A stretch of 64,000 bases of DNA from Candidatus Poribacteria bacterium. Its GTDB lineage: Bacteria; Poribacteria; WGA-4E; WGA-3G. Position numbers and translations under genes: made by a program. Each line of letters starts with the position of its first letter. Position 1 is the stretch's first letter. Positions 1-9,461 of this stretch are shown piece by piece. The notes under the pieces were generated by a model, which had not been told where the DNA came from, did no database searches, and was given only the letters and a program-made list of their open reading frames with translations. Location: contig OZ251518.1 in the NCBI GenBank assembly GCA_965242965.1, positions 544,001 through 608,000 of the forward strand. Reading direction: 5' to 3'.

Positions 1-1402
1 CAATCTGGGGCATGCCTCTCGGTGCAGGCGGCAGTTCTCCCAGACGGAACCGGCCGATAGTCTTGTTGTAAACCGCCTGCTCCCGTTCGCCTTGGAGGAC
101 ATGCACGTCAACCGCTGTCTGGTTATTCTCGGCTGTCGTGAACGTCTGCGATTTCTTGGTAGGAATCGTGGTATTCTTCTCGATGAGCCGCGTGAACATG
201 CCGCCGAGCGTCTCAATACCGAGCGACAGCGGAGTGACATCCAGCAACAAGATGTCTTTGACTTCGGAGTCGCCGGCAAGCACACCGCCCTGAATCGCGG
301 CACCGATTGCGACTACCTCGTCCGGATTGACACCTTTGTGCGGTTCTTTCTCGAAGAGTTGCTTGACAGCCTCCTGCACCTTCGGCATCCGCGTCTGCCC
401 ACCGACGAGGATGACTTCGTCAATATCCGATGGACTCATCTCGGCATCGTCAAGTGCCTGTCTGCACGGTGTGAGGGAACGCTCAACGAGTGCGTCTGTA
501 ATCTGCTCTAATTTCGCGCGGGTGAGCGTCAAGTTGAGGTGCTTCGGGCCGCTTGCATCGACGGTGATAAACGGCAGGTTGATGTCTGTCTGCGGCGTGC
601 TTGAGAGTTCACACTTCGCGGTCTCGGCGGCATCTTTCAGGCGTTGCAGTGCCATTCCATCGTTCCGAAGATCGATGCCATCACTGCTGAGGAATTCCTG
701 CGCCATCCAGTCAATAACCGCCTGGTCAAAGTCATCGCCGCCGAGGTGCGTATCGCCGTTGGTGCTTTTCACCTCGAAGACACCGTCGCCGATTTCTAGG
801 ATAGAGATGTCAAACGTGCCGCCACCCAGGTCATAGACAGCGATTTTCCGGTCGCCTTCGTTTTGCAGTCCATAGGCGAGAGATGCGGCGGTAGGTTCGT
901 TGATAATCCGTTGGACTTCCAGCCCGGCGATTTTTCCTGCATCCGCCGTCGCTTGGCGTTGCGAGTCGTTGAAATATGCGGGGACGGTGATAACCGCCTG
1001 CGTGACTTCCTCGCCGAGGTATGCCTCCGCTGTTTCCTTCATCTTCCGCAGCACCAGCGCAGAGAGTTCGGGTGGCGAGTAATTTTTACCGTCAATGTTG
1101 ACGACGACATCTCCATCTGTGTCGCTTTTTAATTCATAAGGCACGCGGTTAGTGTCGTCACCAATCTCGCTGTATTTCCGCCCCATGAACCGTTTAATGG
1201 AAAAAATCGTGTTTTCAGGGTTCGTGATGGCTTGCCGTTTGGCGATTTGCCCAACGGGCCGCTCACCCTCTTTGGTAAACGCGACAACCGAGGGCGTGGT
1301 GCGATTGCCCTCCGTGTTTTCAATGACTTTGGCATCGCCGCTCTCTAACACAGCGACGCACGAATTCGTTGTGCCTAAGTCAATTCCGATGATTTTGCTC
1401 AT
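1..1402 (-). CDS. dnaK: Molecular chaperone DnaK (3' end runs off the window)
   Basis: Manual minus-strand translation: [53 protein letters not shown]; RBS GAGGAAGGA upstream of ATG 1402. Missing from the ORF track because it has no stop in the window. Confidence 0.97.
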   Translation of the reverse strand, partial: MSKIIGIDLGTTNSCVAVLESGDAKVIENTEGNRTTPSVVAFTKEGERPVGQIAKRQAITNPENTIFSIKRFMGRKYSEIGDDTNRVPYELKSDTDGDVVVNIDGKNYSPPELSALVLRKMKETAEAYLGEEVTQAVITVPAYFNDSQRQATADAGKIAGLEVQRIINEPTAASLAYGLQNEGDRKIAVYDLGGGTFDISILEIGDGVFEVKSTNGDTHLGGDDFDQAVIDWMAQEFLSSDGIDLRNDGMALQRLKDAAETAKCELSSTPQTDINLPFITVDASGPKHLNLTLTRAKLEQITDALVERSLTPCRQALDDAEMSPSDIDEVILVGGQTRMPKVQEAVKQLFEKEPHKGVNPDEVVAIGAAIQGGVLAGDSEVKDILLLDVTPLSLGIETLGGMFTRLIEKNTTIPTKKSQTFTTAENNQTAVDVHVLQGEREQAVYNKTIGRFRLGELPPAPRGMPQI

Positions 1403-1466
1403 GTTAAAATGTCCTTCCTCATAAACCAATTGTTATGGATACAGGGCTCTGCCCTATCCTAATGCT

Positions 1467-1483
1467 TGCAATATCTATGCCAA
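1467..1483 (-). promoter_or_regulatory. Sigma54 (-24/-12) promoter upstream of dnaK
   Basis: Minus strand TTGGCATAGATATTGCA has exact GG-N10-GC spacing, 65 bp upstream of the dnaK start. Confidence 0.75.
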
Positions 1484-1567
1484 TAGAAAGTGGGCGTAAG
1501 CATGCCAAATTGGCACACGTAAAGAGCCGTTTGCCAATTTGACACGCTGTTCCAACCGCGCCTACCG

Positions 1568-2290
1568 TTAAGCGAACGGGAACGTGCCTTGATACCCGCG
1601 CGGGCGCGAGACGTGCCAAACGCCTTCATACATCGGGGTTACCTGATAGTGACAGACGACGTTGCTCCGTTCCATATCGTCGCGCTCCTTGGCACCTTGA
1701 TGCGGGATGTGGTTGATAAACACGACACAATCTCCCGCTTTCGGATGCAAGATGACATGCTCTTGCGCCTCGCACCACACCTCAAATTTAGGACGATCGA
1801 TGGGGTAAAGATGCGGGGGTTCAGACAGATGTCCGCCTTTGATAAACTTGAGGTGCCCTTCCCCCGGCGCGTTGTCCTGAAAATAGAAGGTGGTGTTGAT
1901 ACCGACGGGAGCCACTGCAAAAGCATGTTCATCGGCATACCGCTTTTCATGCCAGTAGCCGTAGAAATCCATGTGCCACTCCTGCAGGTAGGGACCGGGG
2001 TTGATATGCGCGCGGAGGCTCCGCAGTTGACACTGTTTGCCCATCAAACCTTCAAGGTAGGGCCGGACGCTCGGATGTCCAACGAGCGGCGCATACGTGT
2101 CCGGCTCCCGGTCCAGAAGCGTATCAAACCACATGTTCCCGACAGCGTTTAAACCTTCTTCCCAACCCTTCTCGCGGGCGTAGTTCACCCGATGTCGGAT
2201 ATGTGCTGTCTCCTCCGGTGACAGCGCGCCTTCTATCAGCAGGAAACCGTCCTGTTGCAATTGCACCAGTTGGTTTTTGATGTCTGCCAT
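1568..2290 (-). CDS. Phytanoyl-CoA dioxygenase (PhyH) family protein
   Basis: DGFLLIEGALS start, WHMD (HxD) motif, distal H in GDCVVFINHIPHQG. Confidence 0.85.
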   Translation of the reverse strand: MADIKNQLVQLQQDGFLLIEGALSPEETAHIRHRVNYAREKGWEEGLNAVGNMWFDTLLDREPDTYAPLVGHPSVRPYLEGLMGKQCQLRSLRAHINPGPYLQEWHMDFYGYWHEKRYADEHAFAVAPVGINTTFYFQDNAPGEGHLKFIKGGHLSEPPHLYPIDRPKFEVWCEAQEHVILHPKAGDCVVFINHIPHQGAKERDDMERSNVVCHYQVTPMYEGVWHVSRPRGYQGTFPFA

Positions 2291-2317
2291 CGTTTTATCT
2301 CCTTTGTCAAGTTTATT

Positions 2318-2743
2318 GAGGGTGTTTCATAAATCGTCCAACGTCGCGGGGGCCTGTCCCCCGCGCTACGATGAAAAAAACGCTTCCACTTCACGTAGCG
2401 AGGGCCCTCGCATGCCACACGCGCATGCGAGCGGGTTCCCCTCGCCATCGTTTTGCTGGCAGCCCGCCTCACCCCTGTAGGTCAGGATCGCCCGATCCAG
2501 ACCCGTTTGTGATCAGGCGATCACAAACTACAGATGGGGAAACACACATCGTGACGATGGAGTTCGCGCAATCCAACGATCGCGGGGGACAGGCCCCCGC
2601 GCTACGGGCGGAGAAAAACCCTACGGGAGAATCGAGATCAGGAGGTCTCTCCTACCCGAAGAAATCGAGACCCGAGGTCTCTTCTACCAGCAATAGCGCG
2701 GGGGCCTGCCATCGCGACGTTGAGCGATTTATGAAACATCCTC
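2318..2743. mobile_element. TIR-bounded REP-mosaic element (MITE-like)
   Basis: Left end GAGGGTGTTTCATAAATCG, right end CGATTTATGAAACATCCTC; interior made of GTAG-REP hairpins seen throughout the window. Confidence 0.7.
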
Positions 2744-2747
2744 CAGT

Positions 2748-3476
2748 TTAATCGAGCGGCTCTAGCGGTTGGGCGTTCCCGAAAACCGGGGTCGGTCCGG
2801 CCACTGGTGCTGCCCATCTTGCCGCGTTCGCGATAACGCGCCGAACGTTTTCGTCATAGTAAATCGGATAGGTTTCGTGGCCGGGACGGAAGTAGAACAC
2901 TTTCCCTCTGCCGCGGTAGTAACAACAGCCGCTCCGGAAAACCTCGCCGCCGGGAAACCAGCTGATGAAAATCAGCGTATCCGGTTCCGGAATATCAAAG
3001 GGTTCGCCATACATTTCGGCGTGTTCAAGCTCAAAGTATTCGCCGAGCCCTTCCACGATAGGATGCCCGTGTTCGATAACCCAGAGGCGTTCCTTTTCTG
3101 CTGCCTCGCGCCATTTGAGGCTACACGACGTGCCCATCAAACGGGTGAACGGCTTTGAGTAGTGCGCGGAATGTAGGACGATGAGTCCCATCCCGTCTAG
3201 CACGCGTGCGCGCACTTTGTCAGCAACAGCATCTTCAACGGCACCGTGCGCCATGTGGCCCCACCAGACAAGCACATCGGTGTTCGCCAGCACAGCGTCG
3301 GTTAAGCCGTGTTCGGGTTCGTCTAACGTGGCGGTTTTCACATTAAACCCGCCTACGGCGTTGAGGCCATCGGCGATGACGGTGTGCATGCCGTCTGGAT
3401 AAATCGCGCGGATAGTCTCGTTCGTTTTCTCGTGTCGAAATTCATTCCAAACTGTAACCTGAATCGGTTGCGTCAT
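2748..3476 (-). CDS. thuA: ThuA-domain (trehalose utilization) protein
   Basis: [40 protein letters not shown]. Confidence 0.9.
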   Translation of the reverse strand: MTQPIQVTVWNEFRHEKTNETIRAIYPDGMHTVIADGLNAVGGFNVKTATLDEPEHGLTDAVLANTDVLVWWGHMAHGAVEDAVADKVRARVLDGMGLIVLHSAHYSKPFTRLMGTSCSLKWREAAEKERLWVIEHGHPIVEGLGEYFELEHAEMYGEPFDIPEPDTLIFISWFPGGEVFRSGCCYYRGRGKVFYFRPGHETYPIYYDENVRRVIANAARWAAPVAGPTPVFGNAQPLEPLD

Positions 3477-3488
3477 AGGTTTCTCCTC

Positions 3489-4709
3489 TTAAAATTCCAA
3501 TTCTGTCTCTACGGTTGTCTCATAGTCAACGCCATCTACCTCGAATCCGAATAGGTTGCGGAAACGTCGCCGGAAGCCGGCATAGTCGGAGAGTTCGTGG
3601 AAGTTGTCGGTATTAATCTGGGCCCACCGCTCAGTCACCGCGGCTGTCACATCTTCCTGCAACTCCCGGTCGTCCAGTCGGATATAGCGTTCGCTGTCCA
3701 GTTGCGGCTGGAGGCCGGGACCGAGGTGCTGAGAAAAAAGCCGTTGCATCTGCTCGATCGGTGCCTCGTTGATACCTTGCGCGTTCATAATATCGTAGAG
3801 GATGCTGATGTAAAGCGGCACGACCGGAATCGCGGCGGATGCCTGCGTTACCACCGCTTTGTTCACAGAGATATAGGCGTGGCCGCCGAGTTCTTTCGCG
3901 AGACGTTCGTCCAGCGCGTCTACTCGTGCCTTCAGATCATCCTTCGCCTTGCCGATGGTGCCGTCCCGATAAATCGGCCACGTTAGAGGGCTGCCGATGT
4001 AGGTATAGGCGACAACCGTAACTTCTGGTGCGAGCAAACCTTCCTCTGTCAGTGCGGCTACCCACATCTCCAAGTCTTCGCCGCCCATCACGGCGATGGT
4101 GTCAGCGATTTCTGCCGCACTCGCAGGCTCTATTGTAACAGGGACGACTGCCTCGCGATTCAGATCGATGGTTTTGCCGGTATACGGCGCGCCGATCGGT
4201 TTCAGCACCGATTGATGCGAATCCCCAGTGCGCGGGTGGATGCGACGCGGCGCGGCAATGCTGTAGACAAGTATATCTAGCGGCCCGAGGTGCTCGCGGA
4301 TGCTGCCGATTGCCTCCTGCTTCATCTGATCGGAAAAGGCATCACCGTTGAGGCTCTCGGCGAAAAACCCGTCTTGGTTCGCCTGCCGATGGAAGGCGAC
4401 GGTGTTATAGTAGCCGGCACTCGCCGTGCGGCGGCTATCCGCGGGCCGCTCGTAAAGCAACCCTAGCGTTTTAGCACCGTAACCCCATGTCAATGCAATG
4501 CGCGAGGCGAGTCCATAGCCTGTTGACGCACCGATGACGAGCGCGTTTAATCCCTTATCCCCGGCGGCGCGCTTTGAAAGCACGCCGTTGTCGGCAAAAC
4601 CGCGTTGCACCACCTCGATCTGGTGTTGCACGTTCGCGTGGCATCCAGCGGGATGCGCGTTCGTGCAGATGAACCCACGGATGCGAGGTTTAACAATTTG
4701 AACTGCCAT
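3489..4709 (-). CDS. fabV: Enoyl-ACP / trans-2-enoyl-CoA reductase FabV
   Basis: PRIRGFICTNAHPAGC, GASTGYGLASRI, YxxGTIGKAK, VTQASAAIP, FGFEVDGVDY. Confidence 0.93.
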   Translation of the reverse strand: MAVQIVKPRIRGFICTNAHPAGCHANVQHQIEVVQRGFADNGVLSKRAAGDKGLNALVIGASTGYGLASRIALTWGYGAKTLGLLYERPADSRRTASAGYYNTVAFHRQANQDGFFAESLNGDAFSDQMKQEAIGSIREHLGPLDILVYSIAAPRRIHPRTGDSHQSVLKPIGAPYTGKTIDLNREAVVPVTIEPASAAEIADTIAVMGGEDLEMWVAALTEEGLLAPEVTVVAYTYIGSPLTWPIYRDGTIGKAKDDLKARVDALDERLAKELGGHAYISVNKAVVTQASAAIPVVPLYISILYDIMNAQGINEAPIEQMQRLFSQHLGPGLQPQLDSERYIRLDDRELQEDVTAAVTERWAQINTDNFHELSDYAGFRRRFRNLFGFEVDGVDYETTVETELEF

Positions 4710-4727
4710 AGTTCCCTTGGTCCTCAG

Positions 4728-5189
4728 TTACGCCTCAATTTCCACAACCATCTCAACTTCAACGGGGATGCCGCCGGGCAGTTGCACCATGCCGACAGCA
4801 GAACGGGTATGCTTGCCTTTGTCGCCGAACACCTCAACGAAGAGATCGGAGGCACCGTTGACTACTGCAGGCTGGTCTGTGAAATCCGGTGCCGAGTTGA
4901 CGAACCCGACAACTTTCACCACCCGTTTGATCCTATCCAGATCTCCGAGCGCGTGCTTGAGGGTGCTCAGCAAACCGAGGGCGACTTGGCGCGCGGAGGC
5001 GTATCCCTCTTCGATTGTCGCATCCGTGCCGAGTTGACTTTTATAGATTGTGCCTTCGCCTGTCCCGGGTCCGTGCCCGGAGGTGAACACCAGATTGCCT
5101 GTCTGAACCGTGGTGACATAATTGGCGACAGGGACTGCAGGAGGTGGTAATTCCACACCTAATTCTTCAAGCCGTTTTTCTATTTCCAT
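4728..5189 (-). CDS. RidA/YjgF family protein
   Basis: IEKRLEELGVELP..PVANY, VVNGASDL, GKHTRSAVG; start set at ATG 5189 after RBS GAGAGGAG. Confidence 0.9.
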   Translation of the reverse strand: MEIEKRLEELGVELPPPAVPVANYVTTVQTGNLVFTSGHGPGTGEGTIYKSQLGTDATIEEGYASARQVALGLLSTLKHALGDLDRIKRVVKVVGFVNSAPDFTDQPAVVNGASDLFVEVFGDKGKHTRSAVGMVQLPGGIPVEVEMVVEIEA

Positions 5190-5314
5190 GAATTGATAAT
5201 GTCTCCTCTCAATTGCCGCGAGTGCGGCGTTTTGCATTCGTTTCTACTATTAAACAGCATTTCGCAAATTTTTTCAAGAAAATTTTATTTTTTCCAGAAC
5301 AAACAGATTTTTAT

Positions 5315-5343
5315 TTGCATTCGGTTGCAAGATGTGGTATAAT
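5315..5343 (+). promoter_or_regulatory. Sigma70 promoter with extended -10
   Basis: TTGCAT-17 bp-TATAAT with TG at the extended -10 position; no credible ORF immediately downstream. Confidence 0.7.
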
Positions 5344-5349
5344 TAATAC

Positions 5350-5410
5350 GTGCGCAGATTCTATATTGGATCGGAGCCGTTGACTCTCCGGTCCAATCTG
5401 CGCACTTTTT
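5350..5410 (+). ncRNA. Candidate ~60-nt hairpin small RNA
   Basis: GTGCGCAGA/TCTGCGCAC outer stem, 7-nt bulge, TTGGATCGGAG/CTCCGGTCCAA inner stem, then TTTTT; begins about 6 nt after the -10 box. Confidence 0.5.
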
Positions 5411-5419
5411 CATTATTTC

Positions 5420-5840
5420 CCCTTGTGAAAAAACGCCTCCCCTTCACCGTAGGGCGAGGGCCTGTCCCTCGCCATGCAGCGATCGCGGGGGAAGTCCTCT
5501 CCAATGCGGGGGTTGATGTCTTCTGCCTGTCCCTCGCCATGCAGCGATCGCGGGGGACAGGCCCCCGCGCTACGGTAAAAAACGGTCTCCTTCTCCGTAG
5601 GGCGAGGACCCTCGGATGCCATACGCGCATCCGAGCGGGTTTCCCTCGCCATGCAGCGATCGCGGGGGACAGGCCCCCGCGCTACGGTAAAAAACGGTCC
5701 CTCGCCATGCGTTTTGCTACAGACCTCGTCTCCCCTGTAGTTCAGGATCGCCTGATCCTGACCCGTTCGGGAGCGGGCGCTCCCGAACTACAGAGGTAGG
5801 CCCGATGCCTGCCGGTAGGAGAGACCTCCTGGTCTCGATG
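5420..5840. repeat. GTAG-REP array (BIME/REPIN-like)
   Basis: Multiple GTAGGGCGAGGGCCTGTCCCTCGCC, CGCGGGGGACAGGCCCCCGCGCTAC, GTAGTTCAGGATCGCCTGATCCTGACC and GTAGGAGAGACCTCCTGGTCTCGAT units. Confidence 0.85.
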
Positions 5841-6019
5841 CAATACCGTGATTAGTTGAGGGTGTTTGATAACTCCGTTTCGGTAGTTATCCCGCACCCC
5901 TGTAGGTCAGGATCGCCAGATCCTGACCCGTTCGGGAGCGGGTGCTCCCGAACTACAGAGGTGGACCCAATGCGCCCACCTCGCTTTTCTAGTTGAGTTT
6001 TTCAGTGAGGATAGTAGGC

Positions 6020-6316
6020 ATGAACTATAGAGACATTATCACCATTGAACCGGACAAGCGGAGCGGGCAGCCGTGCATTCGCGGCATGCGCATCACCGTT
6101 TACGATGTCCTTGAATATCTCGCTGCGGGGATGACGATAGCGGAAGTCCTTGACGATTTTCCGTATTTAACCGAGACAGACATTCGGGCGTGTCTCGCTT
6201 ACGCAGCGGACAGAGAGAAAGCACAGATGGTAGTTTACGCGAATGAAACTCCTCTTCGATCAAAACCTACGAAAAATGGGGCATCGCCGGTAGGACAGAC
6301 CTCCTTGTCTCAATAG
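6020..6316 (+). CDS. DUF433-family antitoxin
   Basis: ITIEPDKRSGQPCIRGMRITVYDVLEYLAAGM..FPYL..DIRACLAYAA; the C-terminal tail runs into repeat sequence. Confidence 0.9.
   Translation: MNYRDIITIEPDKRSGQPCIRGMRITVYDVLEYLAAGMTIAEVLDDFPYLTETDIRACLAYAADREKAQMVVYANETPLRSKPTKNGASPVGQTSLSQ
6243..6293 (+). pseudogene. Truncated DUF5615/PIN-like toxin remnant
   Basis: MKLLFDQNL, the typical N-terminus of DUF433-partner PIN toxins, overlaps the antitoxin, then switches to repeat sequence at 6271 and stops. Confidence 0.75.
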
Positions 6317-6829
6317 GCTCCTCGGTAGGAGAGACCTCCCGGTCTCGATGTTCCCGTAGCGCGGGGGCCTTCGGATGCCATCCGCGCATCCGAGAGGGTT
6401 TCACCCGCAATCTCCATCGTCAAGTTATGTTTTTAGGTCCTTTAGGACCTACATGTCTATAGCAGCATGTGTCGTTCCGTTTTCAAGGGCCTTTAGGTCC
6501 TTAATAAAAACACGCGCGGCCCTGGCAAAAACTATTAAGGACCTAAAGGACCTTAGGGTTCTTCACTGGCGAGCGTGCTATAGACATTAAGGTCCTACGG
6601 ACCTAAGAGACGTTTTTTCATCGTAGTGCGGGGGCCCTCGGATGCCATATGCGCATGCGAGCGGGTTTCCCCCGTGAGCGTTGGATTACGCGGACGATGG
6701 CGAGGGACAGGCCCTCGCCCTACGATGAAGGGGGCTTTCTGCCGCCGCGGCCCCGGTAGGCGCGCCGCCCTATTGCATCGAGACCGGAAGGGCTCTCCTA
6801 CGGGGATTTATGAAACCCCCAGAATTAAT

Positions 6830-6858
6830 TTGACATTCTTAACAAAAAATGATATAAT
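6830..6858 (+). promoter_or_regulatory. Sigma70 promoter for tcmP-DUF5131
   Basis: TTGACA-17 bp-TATAAT, followed by RBS AGGAGG before ATG 6904. Confidence 0.75.
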
Positions 6859-6903
6859 TTAACACAGTTAACGACGAACCGAACGTAAAAAGGAGGGTGA
6901 TTA

Positions 6904-7854
6904 ATGAATACCCGAGGACAGATGTTCGGCGGTCCCTGGACAGAGCATAAATTGGAATGCGTAAGGAAATACCTGCACGCCTACACAACGATTATGGCTA
7001 AGCAGCCCTTTCGTTTCGCTTACATCGATGCCTTCGCCGGAACCGGGTACCGTGAATTGAAACAAGATGAGGATATGGGGTCTGCCATGTTCCCCGAATT
7101 CGATTCTCCGGAGGTCGTTGATTTCCAACAGGGCTCAGCGCGGAATGCTTTGGAAGTAACACCGCCCTTCACGAAGTACATTTTCATAGAGAAAAACGCA
7201 AATCAACATGCCGAATTAGTGGAACTCAAAAGTGAGTTTTTGCTCAAGGAGGAGTTTTCAGAAGATAGCATTGAGTGTGTGCTCGGGGACGCAAACCGGT
7301 TTCTAAAAGATTTATGCCGGCCTGAGCGGGTCTGGCGCAAGCACCGTGCGTTGGTGTTTCTCGATCCCTTCGGAATGCAAGTGGAATGGGAAACGATTAG
7401 GGCAATTGCAAACACAAAAGCGATTGATTTATGGATACTATTTCCGGTCGGATCCGTAAATCGTCTGCTGAAAAATGATGGAGAAATCCACGCGCCTAAT
7501 CGCGAACGACTTGACATGTTTTTTGGCGAGGCTGATTGGTTTGAGGTGTTCTACCAACTCGCTGAGCAAATTTCGTTCTTCAGTCGAGAAGAACAAATCG
7601 CATTCTTCAATCGGGAAGAACATTGGCAAAAAACAGGTCATGTCTTCAAGGAAATTGAGCGATACTTCATGAGACGGCTAAGAAGCGTATTTGCAGGAGT
7701 AGCACCGCAACCGCTTTGGCTGCGTAACTCAAAAAATGTTCCGTTGTATCTGCTCTGCTTCGCCGCAGGAAACCCAAAGGGGGCACCAACGGCAGTCAAG
7801 ATTGCCCGGCATATCCTAAAGGGAATGCGGACCGGATCACAACTAACGTTTTAA
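6904..7854 (+). CDS. tcmP: Three-Cys-motif partner protein TcmP (methyltransferase-like)
   Basis: GGPWTEHKL..YL, YIDAFAGTG, FLDPFGMQVEW; adjacent to a DUF5131 gene. Confidence 0.88.
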   Translation: MNTRGQMFGGPWTEHKLECVRKYLHAYTTIMAKQPFRFAYIDAFAGTGYRELKQDEDMGSAMFPEFDSPEVVDFQQGSARNALEVTPPFTKYIFIEKNANQHAELVELKSEFLLKEEFSEDSIECVLGDANRFLKDLCRPERVWRKHRALVFLDPFGMQVEWETIRAIANTKAIDLWILFPVGSVNRLLKNDGEIHAPNRERLDMFFGEADWFEVFYQLAEQISFFSREEQIAFFNREEHWQKTGHVFKEIERYFMRRLRSVFAGVAPQPLWLRNSKNVPLYLLCFAAGNPKGAPTAVKIARHILKGMRTGSQLTF

Positions 7855-7870
7855 ATATAAGGGAAACCCA

Positions 7871-8611
7871 ATGGCAGCCCAAACCTCAAAAATCGAATGG
7901 ACCGAATCCACCTGGAACCCCGTGCGCGGATGCACGCGAGTCTCAGAAGGATGCAGGTTCTGTTACGCCGAACGAATAGCAGCACGCTTTTCTGACGAAG
8001 GCATGGCTTATGAGGGCCTGGCGAAGAATACCCAAACCGGTCCGCGCTGGACGCAGGAAGTCAAGGTTGTCCGAGAAGTCTTTGAGGCACCCCTGAAATG
8101 GAGAAAACCGCGCCGAATCTTTGTCAATTCCATGAGCGACCTTTTCCATGAAAAGGTTGAGTTATCGGATATTCGGGAACTCTTCGCTATCATGGAAAAA
8201 GCGGATTGGCATCAATTCCAGATCTTGACGAAGCGTGCCGAACGACTCTTGGCATGCAACGCTGACTTGCCGTGGCCTTCCAATGTCTGGATGGGAGTGA
8301 GCGTTGAAGATGAGCGCGTGATGCATCGAATAGACGCGTTACGTCAAACCGATGCGCAAATCAAATTTCTCTCACTGGAACCGCTCATCGGCCCGCTGCC
8401 GAGTTTGGATTTAAGCGGGATAGACTGGGTCATCGTCGGTGGTGAATCCGGTCCGGGTGCACGTCCGATGGATAAAGAGTGGGTGCTTGCCATCCGAGAC
8501 AGGTGTGCTGAGGCAGAGGTGCCGTTTTTCTTTAAGCAGTGGGGTGGCGTGCGTAAATCGAAAACCGGGCGCGAGTTGGATGGGCGGTTTTATGATGAGA
8601 TGCCGGTATGA
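7871..8611 (+). CDS. DUF5131 / phage Gp37-Gp68 family protein
   Basis: IEWTESTWNPVRGCTRVSEGCRFCYAE, FVNSMSDLFH, LTKR, GGESG, FFFKQWGG. Confidence 0.92.
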   Translation: MAAQTSKIEWTESTWNPVRGCTRVSEGCRFCYAERIAARFSDEGMAYEGLAKNTQTGPRWTQEVKVVREVFEAPLKWRKPRRIFVNSMSDLFHEKVELSDIRELFAIMEKADWHQFQILTKRAERLLACNADLPWPSNVWMGVSVEDERVMHRIDALRQTDAQIKFLSLEPLIGPLPSLDLSGIDWVIVGGESGPGARPMDKEWVLAIRDRCAEAEVPFFFKQWGGVRKSKTGRELDGRFYDEMPV

Positions 8612-8615
8612 CTTT

Positions 8616-9168
8616 GTAGGAGAGCCCTCCTGGTCTCGATGCAATAGAACGGCGCACCCACCCGGGCAGCGGCGACAGAAAGCCCCCCTCCATCGTAGGG
8701 CGAGGGCCTGTCCCTCGCCATGCCTGGGGCACACGTGCGCGCATCCCCTCTGTAGGGCAGGATCGCCTGATCCTGCCTATTCAAGAGGGTGCTCCGGAAC
8801 GCAGGTCTCCTCAAGGTCCGTAGGACCTTAATGTCTATAGGACGCGCGGATGCAGTAGCCCTCAAGGTCCTTTAGGACCTTAATGTTCCCTGCTGCAGAT
8901 TAAGGACCTAAAGGACCTTAGTGTCTTTTTTTCGTCGGGAGGTTCTATAGACATGCAGGACCTAAAGGACCTGAAGAACGGGTCAGGAGCAGGTGCTCCT
9001 GCCCTATAGGGGGGAGGAGGCCTGGCAGCCAAATGCATGGCGAGGGACAGGCCCTCGCCCTACGTAAAGGGGATGCGTTTTTTTCATCGTAGCGCGGGGG
9101 CCTCGGATGCCATACGCGCATCCGAGCGGGTTTCCCCCGCGCCGTTGAGCGATTTATGAAACACCCTC
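8616..9168. repeat. REP-mosaic array ending in a right TIR
   Basis: GTAG-REP units plus AGGTCC(G/T)TAGGACCT/CTATAG units; ends in TATGAAACACCCTC at 9168. Confidence 0.8.
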
Positions 9169-9219
9169 AGTTAAATATACGATTTTTACGATTTCTGGCG
9201 GATTTCGGGCAGAATTCGT

Positions 9220-9258
9220 AAAAAAAGGCGGGGATTCTGATTATCAGAATCCCCACCC
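9220..9258 (-). terminator. Intrinsic terminator
   Basis: Minus strand GGTGGGGATTCTGA-TAA-TCAGAATCCCCGCC-TTTTTTT. Confidence 0.8.
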
Positions 9259-9461
9259 GACGGGACAGGATCAGCTGTGGGATACCCCATACGCCGTAAA
9301 TGCGCCGTTGTTCGCAGTCCTGCCATGTTCTCCCACGGAATGGAATGTCGTAGAAAGGGACGTGGGGAGTTACAACGCCCGCCCCAGACTGTGATTCGCC
9401 TAAATCAACTATATCAATGCGTTAGAACAGACCGACTTTGCTGTCTGCCTACGATGTCAAT

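Larger units (their letters stand above)
5858..6822. mobile_element. TIR-bounded REP-mosaic element enclosing a DUF433 gene
   Basis: Left end GAGGGTGTTTGATA at 5858; degenerate right end TATGAAACCCCCAG at ~6809-6822; REP hairpins on both sides of the gene. Confidence 0.55.

Noticed and set aside
92-1424. Several plus-strand ORFs in the track
   Set aside because: They are antisense shadows of dnaK.
5350-5799. ORFs rich in RGTGPRAT / ARGPVPR / RRARACPSP (also near 2371, 8411, 13945, 54685, 58342)
   Set aside because: Translations of REP palindromes with no RBS or domain signal; the N-terminal extensions of ORFs 26425, 48976 and 58207 were trimmed for the same reason.
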